A stretch of 64,000 bases of DNA from Candidatus Subterrananammoxibius californiae (GTDB lineage: Bacteria > Planctomycetota > Brocadiia > Brocadiales > Subterrananammoxibiaceae): positions 1 to 64,000 of the forward strand of contig JAURAC010000003.1 in NCBI GenBank assembly GCA_030586555.1, read 5' to 3'. A model generated the notes under the pieces. The model saw nothing but the letters and a program-made list of their open reading frames with translations, was not told the DNA's origin and did no database searches. Made by a program: the position numbers and the translations under genes. Shown here piece by piece: positions 58,017-64,000 of this stretch (positions are counted from its first letter, which is position 1; each line of letters starts with the position of its first letter).

Positions 58017-60419
58017 TTAATCATCACATAGCTCCGATATCTTATCAATTGTAAAAGTACCGATAACGGGAAAGCCACAAGCAGTTCCACTAAAGCTTCC
58101 TGACATCGTGTTGTTAGAGTTCGAAAGCGTTGCAGTTCCGCTAAGAGTTCCTCCTCCCTCGCACCCACAGGCCTCCGCACCGCTTATCAGAATCGAAAGG
58201 GTTACGTTCGTACCTGATATACTTCCCGTGAAGGTGAGGCAATTATCAGTATCCTCAGGAACACTACCTGTAAACTGTGTTCCCTCCTGAGTCAGGCACG
58301 CAGTAAAATCGCCCGAACCGAGCCCCGTTATAGTAATACTCCCATCCCAAAATCCTGTAACATTAGCATCTGCCACTTCGGTCGTTGTGGTTGTTGACTC
58401 TGTCGAGGTAGTTGTTTCAGTCGTTGTGGTTGTTGGTTCTGTCGAGGTCGTAGTTGTGCTTGCTATAGTTGTCGTTGTGCTACTTGTTGTGGACGTAGTA
58501 CTTATTCCAACAAACCTTGCTAACCCATTAACGCTACTTATGCAGAAGAATCCCCATGTTACATTTATTTCCACGCAGTAGGTGTTTCCTGAGTTGGTAT
58601 AAGTTACAGTGCCGCATACGTTGATGATTCTACCTCTCCCGTCCTTTGTGTAAATCAAGTTCTCTGCACGAGGACCTGATTCACCGACAATGGCAAAGCT
58701 AAATGAACTACATACCTTTGAGAATGTAATACTTGCTGGAGTACCCTCACATGGCTCACACAGGGTTGTGGTGGTTGTACTGGTTGTTGTAGTGGTTCTT
58801 GTTGTTGTAGTAGTGGTCTTTGTTGTAGTCGTAGAACCTGGAACGGTTGTTGTTGTAGTTTCCGTAGTAGTGGTCGTTGGCTCCGTAGTTGTTGTGGTTT
58901 CTGTTGTGGTAGTTGTTTCAGTGGTTGTTGTCGTGGTTGTCGTTGTAGTCGTTGTAGTACTTACAGCCACAAGGTCAAAGCTGAGCTTGTTTTCACCTTC
59001 CACGGCAGGCTTGACCTTCTTTTGCAAGGTCTCGTATCCTTCTTTTTCTGCCTCTACGGTATAATTCGTGTCTGCTTCTAAGCACTGGTCAAACCTATAA
59101 ATACCATTAGCATCCGTTGTTGTGTCTGAGGCTTGGCTTGCAGGTTTTGTTATCCTTACCGTGGCGTCCGCAAGAGGGTCTTTGGTATTCTTATCTCTCA
59201 CCCTGCCAGCAAGATTTCCCTGACCTGTTAGCTCATCCAAACCAAAATCGGCTGTGCCCTGAGGTTCTTCAGAGGTAAGCTCTACCTGCTGTGATTGCAG
59301 AGCGCCATTTGCATAACACCCCTCTGATAAAGAAACATCGTATGTGCCGAGCTCAAGGTTGTTAAACTCATACTTGCCTTTTATGTCCGTCTTTGTCGTA
59401 GCATCAGAATTTCTAATGAGGGCGGCCGTTCCAAGTGTAACCTCAGCCCCTATAACAGGGTCTCCATCGCTATCGGTCACGGTGCCTGATATATTGCCAG
59501 GAGTGGCAGTAAGCGTGAAATTATGTGTTTCAGTTCCCTCGCTTCCTAAAGGAATCTCTTCAGATATGTATGGGTCTGGCGTATAACCATCCTTTGAACC
59601 CCTTATTATATATGTGCCGGGATTTAGGTTGAGGGCGTACTTGCCATTGTCATTAGTTTTTTTCTTGGCTGCCACAATGTCATCTAACAATGCCTCAACA
59701 AGAACGTCTGAAATAGGGTCTGTGGTATCGGCATCGGTTACTGTGCCCTTAAGTTTGGCTGGAACGAGGGTAAAATTGAGGGTTGTAGGGTCGCCTGCTG
59801 GTATATTGACATCACTCTTTGTTACTTCTATGTAGCCATCTTTATCTGCAGAAACCTCGTACAAGTCTGTTTCTATACAATCGAATGTATAAGCGCCATC
59901 CACATCTGTCTGTTCGGTCGGCCCGTCAGGTTCTATCTTGACCGTAGCTCCGCTAACAGGGTCGTCTGTAACGCCATCCTTAACGGTGCCTGTTAAACCC
60001 CCTTCATCCGCATCTTCAACGGATGCTAACTTAAGTGTAAATGTCTTATTCCCATCAACCTCTTTACCAAGCTTTTTTTCACGTTCGTAACATTGAGCAT
60101 CGGCTCTGACGCCATATGTACCTGCTTCAACGCTAAAAACAACCTCCCCATCAACATCGGTTATCCCCACCTGGGCTTCTGACCAACCCGAAGACTCGTC
60201 TTTTAATTCAACAATAGCCTGCGGGATAGGATTAGGAGGGTCGCTTTCATCCGTTACCTTTACAGTGACATTGAATGGTTGTGCCAAGCATGTCTTATCC
60301 ATAGTAAAGAATTGAATTACAGAGAGGATACTGATTGCAAGAGCGGTCAAAAATATCTGGGAAGGTAAAGGCAGGCGGCTAACTAATCTTGCACTGAGCG
60401 AAGCGGACGTGTTCTTCAA
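58017..60419 (-). CDS. Secreted/surface protein with carboxypeptidase-regulatory-like beta-sandwich repeats, two Thr-rich linkers and Cys-containing C-terminal domains
   Basis: Repeated G.V.D..T.DPI..A.V units, poly-Thr tracts, signal peptide. Confidence 0.85.
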   Translation of the reverse strand: MKNTSASLSARLVSRLPLPSQIFLTALAISILSVIQFFTMDKTCLAQPFNVTVKVTDESDPPNPIPQAIVELKDESSGWSEAQVGITDVDGEVVFSVEAGTYGVRADAQCYEREKKLGKEVDGNKTFTLKLASVEDADEGGLTGTVKDGVTDDPVSGATVKIEPDGPTEQTDVDGAYTFDCIETDLYEVSADKDGYIEVTKSDVNIPAGDPTTLNFTLVPAKLKGTVTDADTTDPISDVLVEALLDDIVAAKKKTNDNGKYALNLNPGTYIIRGSKDGYTPDPYISEEIPLGSEGTETHNFTLTATPGNISGTVTDSDGDPVIGAEVTLGTAALIRNSDATTKTDIKGKYEFNNLELGTYDVSLSEGCYANGALQSQQVELTSEEPQGTADFGLDELTGQGNLAGRVRDKNTKDPLADATVRITKPASQASDTTTDANGIYRFDQCLEADTNYTVEAEKEGYETLQKKVKPAVEGENKLSFDLVAVSTTTTTTTTTTTTTETTTTTETTTTTEPTTTTTETTTTTVPGSTTTTKTTTTTTRTTTTTSTTTTTLCEPCEGTPASITFSKVCSSFSFAIVGESGPRAENLIYTKDGRGRIINVCGTVTYTNSGNTYCVEINVTWGFFCISSVNGLARFVGISTTSTTSSTTTTIASTTTTSTEPTTTTTETTTSTESTTTTTEVADANVTGFWDGSITITGLGSGDFTACLTQEGTQFTGSVPEDTDNCLTFTGSISGTNVTLSILISGAEACGCEGGGTLSGTATLSNSNNTMSGSFSGTACGFPVIGTFTIDKISELCDD

Positions 60420-60559
60420 ATTTTCCTCCTTTTACACGTCATGACGCATGCCATGGCGCATGCCATGGCGACATGCCGTGGACATGTCGTGATTTGAGTA
60501 GAGATTTACTGCAATTCCCTGATAAAAACATTCAGGGTCAAGAGTGTTTTACGGGCAGA

Positions 60560-60588
60560 AGTATATAATAAAACACAAGGCGTGTCAA
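60560..60588 (-). promoter_or_regulatory. Sigma70-type promoter, duplicated at 62865-62893
   Basis: TTGACA-N17-TATACT upstream of both paralogs. Confidence 0.7.
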
Positions 60589-60668
60589 GTCTTTTTTTTA
60601 ACCCAAAAATATACATTGACTTAACCGCCCACCCAAAAAATGGCGGGTCTTTGACAGAAAGCGCAAAG

Positions 60669-60788
60669 GTAGACAACGATGTTTATCACCCTGATTAAAC
60701 CTGTTCCTGTCAGGTTCAGGAATCAGGGGTGAATCAACAAACATAAAGCTGAAAGTCCGCCGTTTTTTTGGGTGGGTTCGTTGTCTAC
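60669..60788. repeat. Multiply nested palindromic element
   Basis: GTAGACAACG shell containing CCCTGATT..AATCAGGGG, itself split by ACCTGTTCCTGTCAGGT. Confidence 0.8.
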
Positions 60789-60874
60789 TTTTGTGACGAG
60801 ATTGCCACACTCGCATGAGATGGCTCGCAATGACAGTTTAATTAACAAGGGATTTACCTGCCTGAGCCAAAATT

Positions 60875-60917
60875 AAAAAAGGGGCTAAATCACATAATGT
60901 TAATTTAACCCCTTTTT
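60875..60917 (-). terminator. Rho-independent terminator after the 620-aa paralog
   Basis: aaaaaaggggctaaat...atttaaccccttttt inverted repeat. Confidence 0.65.
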
Positions 60918-60945
60918 GATTACATACCGCGTTCTAAATTATCTA

Positions 60946-62808
60946 CTAATCTTCAATCAGATTTGCCGTCCCGCTAACATTGCTTATGCAGAAGAATCCC
61001 CATGTTACATTTATTTCCACGCAGTAGGTGTTTCCTGAGTTGGTATAAGTTACAGTGCCGCATACGTTGATGATTCTACCTCTCCCGTCCTTTGTGTAAA
61101 TCAAGTTCTCTGCACGAGGACCTGATTCACCGACAATGGCAAAGCTAAATGAACTACATACCTTTGAGAATGTAATACTTGCTGGAGTACCCTCACATGG
61201 CTCACACAGGGTTGTGGTAGTTGTACTGGTTGTTGTAGTAGTTCTTGTTGTTGTAGTAGTAGTCTTTGTTGTAGTCGTAGAACCTGGAGTAATCGTTGTA
61301 CTTGTTGTAGTCGTTGAACTTGTTGTAGTTGTGGATGTTGTACTCGTTGTGCTACTTGTTGTAGTCGTTGAACTTGTTGTAGTTGTAGTACTTACAGCCA
61401 CAAGGTCAAAGCTGAGCTTGTTTTCACCTTCCACGGCAGGCTTGACCTTCTTTTGCAAGGTCTCGTATCCTTCTTTTTCTGCCTCTACGGTATAATTCGT
61501 GTCTGCTTCTAAGCACTGGTCAAACCTATAAATACCATTAGCATCCGTTGTTGTGTCTGAGGCTTGGCTTGCAGGTTTTGTTATCCTTACCGTGGCGTCC
61601 GCAAGAGGGTCTTTAGTATCCTTATCTCTCACCCTGCCAGCAAGATTCCCCTGACCTGTTAGCTCATCCAAACTAAAATTGGCTGTGCCCTGAGGTTCTT
61701 CAGAAGTAAGCTCTACCTGCTGTGATTGCAGTGCGCCATTCGCATAACACCCCTCCGATAAAGAAACATCGTATGTGCCAAGTTCTAGATTATTAAACTC
61801 ATAATTGCCTTTTATGTCCGTCTTTGTCGTAGCATCAGAATTTCTAATGAGGGCGGCAGTTCCAAGTGTAACCTCAGCCCCTATAACAGGGTCTCCATCG
61901 CTATCGGTCACGGTGCCTGATATATTGCCAGGAGTGGCAGTAAGCGTGAAATTATGTGTTTCAGTTCCCTCGCTTCCTAAAGGAATCTCTTCAGATGTGT
62001 ATGGGTCTGGTGTATAACCATTCTTGGAACCCCTGATTATATATGTACCGGGATTTAGATTGAGGGCATACTTGCCATTGGCATTGGTTTTATCCTTGTC
62101 AGCAACTGTGCCATCAAACAACGCCTCAACCAGTACATCTAAAATAGGGTCTGAGGTGTCGGCATCGGTTACCGTACCTTTAATTTTGGCAGGTACAAGG
62201 GTAAAATTAAGGGTTGTAGAACCATCTTGCGCTACATCAACGCTTTTTTCTACTTCTATGTACCCATCTTTATCTGCAGACACATCGTATGATTTTACTT
62301 CTATACAGTCGAATACATAAGAACCATCCACATCAGTTTGTTCGGTTGGTCCATCAGGTTCTATCTTGACCGTAGCACCGCTTATTGGGTCATCCGTTAC
62401 TCCATCCTTGACAGTACCAGAGAGACCCCCCGTTGGGTCCGTCACCTGTTCCAACTTAAATGTAAATGACGCTTCTTCCCCAAGAGCGTTGCTAAGCTTT
62501 TTTTTACGTTTGTAACATTGGGCGTCGGCAATAATATCATATATACCTTCTAAAACATCAGTAAAAACAACCTCGCCGTTATCGCCAGTCACACCTACAG
62601 TAGTTTCATCAGTAGAGACTTTAATCAATTTAACAATAGCCTGCGGGATAGGTAAATCTGTATCTTTATCTTTTACAGTTACGGTAACATCGAAAGCCAG
62701 TGATGTTTTTTCTATAAATGCGAGTTGAGTAATAGAAAGGATGCTAATGGTGAGAACAGACAAAAATATTTGGTAAGGTAAAGGCAGGCGGCTAACCAAT
62801 TTCTTCAT
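60946..62808 (-). CDS. Paralog of the surface protein, lacking the last linker and domain
   Basis: Central and C-terminal parts near-identical to 58017-60419. Confidence 0.85.
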   Translation of the reverse strand: MKKLVSRLPLPYQIFLSVLTISILSITQLAFIEKTSLAFDVTVTVKDKDTDLPIPQAIVKLIKVSTDETTVGVTGDNGEVVFTDVLEGIYDIIADAQCYKRKKKLSNALGEEASFTFKLEQVTDPTGGLSGTVKDGVTDDPISGATVKIEPDGPTEQTDVDGSYVFDCIEVKSYDVSADKDGYIEVEKSVDVAQDGSTTLNFTLVPAKIKGTVTDADTSDPILDVLVEALFDGTVADKDKTNANGKYALNLNPGTYIIRGSKNGYTPDPYTSEEIPLGSEGTETHNFTLTATPGNISGTVTDSDGDPVIGAEVTLGTAALIRNSDATTKTDIKGNYEFNNLELGTYDVSLSEGCYANGALQSQQVELTSEEPQGTANFSLDELTGQGNLAGRVRDKDTKDPLADATVRITKPASQASDTTTDANGIYRFDQCLEADTNYTVEAEKEGYETLQKKVKPAVEGENKLSFDLVAVSTTTTTSSTTTTSSTTSTTSTTTTSSTTTTSTTITPGSTTTTKTTTTTTRTTTTTSTTTTTLCEPCEGTPASITFSKVCSSFSFAIVGESGPRAENLIYTKDGRGRIINVCGTVTYTNSGNTYCVEINVTWGFFCISNVSGTANLIED

Positions 62809-62864
62809 TTTTTCCTCCTTTTAATTCGTGCAGGGATTTTCTGCAAAAGTATTTTATGGGCGAA

Positions 62865-62893
62865 AGTATATAATAAAACCCATGCCATGTCAA
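62865..62893 (-). promoter_or_regulatory. Sigma70-type promoter
   Basis: TTGACA-N17-TATACT. Confidence 0.7.
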
Positions 62894-62909
62894 GTCTTTT
62901 TTTACTGGT

Positions 62910-62983
62910 TGTGATAGCAACATAAAAATGTCCTAAAGTTAGCAAAATGAAAATGTCCTGTTTTATGCAAAGTAAAAATGTCC
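62910..62983 (+). repeat. Three 17-bp direct repeats at 25-bp period; possible orphan IS end
   Basis: GCAAnnTrAAAATGTCC at 62917, 62942 and 62967, preceded by TGT. Confidence 0.7.
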
Positions 62984-63162
62984 GCTTTTTGAATTAAATA
63001 AAAAATGCCAACAATAAGGTTGACTGTCTTTATATAATTTTATATATTGTGTGAAATGTTTAACCTACCTTTTTTCCAAAAAAGTAAATGAAAAACACGT
63101 CATGACGCATGCCATGGCGACATGCCGTGGACATGTCATGAGAGGATGTGAAAAAGGGCAAA

Positions 63163-64000
63163 ATGAATATTAGCGTTGGGAATGTAAATACTCGCCTCGT
63201 AAAGGCATTTCTTTATACCTCACTGGTGTGGTTCCTCCTATCAATAATTGTTGGGTTTATAGTTTCCTTAAAGTTCATATATCCTGATTTTATCGGAACC
63301 ATCCCCTTTTTGACGTATGGCAGGTTGAGGTTTTTCCACACCAACGGTGTCATCTGGGGCTGGCTTACAACAGCCTTCTTCGGCATCCTCATGTACATGG
63401 TGCCAAGGCTTACCAACAGGCCCATTTATAGCGAGAAACTCGGCTGGATTTCATTCTGGGTGTGGAGTATTGGTTTTCTAATTGGATGGATATTTTTACT
63501 TACGGGTCATGCGCAGGGACTTGAGTATGCAGAGTTTCCATTTGTAGCTGATTTATTTGTATTCGGCACATTTATATTAGTCCTTTTTAATGTATTTATT
63601 ACAATTTTGCGGAGTGAGGAGAAACAGCTATACGTGAGTTTGTGGTACATAATAGCTGCCCTTGTATGGTCGTCTTTAAACTATTTTGTTGGCAACGTTT
63701 TTCCTGGGTATTTTGTCCCTGGCACGGCGGGGGCAGCGATAAGCGGCCTTTATATTCACAACGTGCTTGGGTTATGGCACACCCCAGTAGGGGTAGCCAT
63801 GGTATATTTTCTCTTGCCAGTGTTTGTAAAGAAACCTATTTACAGCCATTCGCTATCCTTAATTGGTTTCTGGAGCCTTGCATTCTTTTATCCCCTGGGT
63901 GGTTCACATCACTATCTCTTCAGTCCAATCCCCTGGTGGGCGCAGATAACTGCAGTTCCGTTATCTGTTATGATGATAGTGGTGGTCTTTACGGTTGTCT
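63163..64000 (+). CDS. cbb3-type heme-copper oxidase subunit I-like protein, truncated by the window end
   Basis: Manual translation: TYGRLRFFHTN, EYAE, LYVSLWY, YIHNVLGLWHT, PIYSHSLS and FYPLGGSHH. Confidence 0.85.
   Translation, partial: MNISVGNVNTRLVKAFLYTSLVWFLLSIIVGFIVSLKFIYPDFIGTIPFLTYGRLRFFHTNGVIWGWLTTAFFGILMYMVPRLTNRPIYSEKLGWISFWVWSIGFLIGWIFLLTGHAQGLEYAEFPFVADLFVFGTFILVLFNVFITILRSEEKQLYVSLWYIIAALVWSSLNYFVGNVFPGYFVPGTAGAAISGLYIHNVLGLWHTPVGVAMVYFLLPVFVKKPIYSHSLSLIGFWSLAFFYPLGGSHHYLFSPIPWWAQITAVPLSVMMIVVVFTVV

Noticed and set aside
58387..61495. Plus-strand poly-Val ORFs
   Set aside because: Antisense shadows of the poly-Thr linkers in the minus-strand surface proteins.

Overview
Bacterial chromosomal window, probably from a planctomycete and plausibly an anammox Ca. 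Brocadiia lineage. That assignment is inference from protein style and gene context, not a marker gene. Left to right it carries: hsp20-dnaK under a sigma54-type promoter; housekeeping and sugar genes; tmRNA with a decayed copy of its own 3' end; a 22-kb flagellar cluster (flgBC-fliEFGHIJ-motE-motA-motB-motB'-fliLMN) with its regulators and four sigma54 promoters; a toxin-antitoxin/regulator islet next to tRNA-Lys and tRNA-Arg; carbamate kinase plus an ArcE-like arginine synthetase; mnmE, mfd and a SurA-like PPIase; more TA modules, one ending in an integron attC-like site; an IS110 element; mqnA-mqnC; a secreted Zn-hydrolase; two tandem Thr-rich surface proteins; and the start of a cbb3-like oxidase subunit I. 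Four signals stand out. (1) Several families of short REP-like palindromes and heptamer runs occur between genes, in-frame inside many conserved genes, and nested inside each other. (2) The IS110 left end contains short matches to its own junction sequences, as expected of a bridge-RNA-like guide. (3) The two MotB paralogs have lost complementary key residues. (4) An HsbR/HsbA-like partner switch with STN/TPR proteins sits inside the flagellar sigma54 cascade. All calls were made by eye; no database searches were run.
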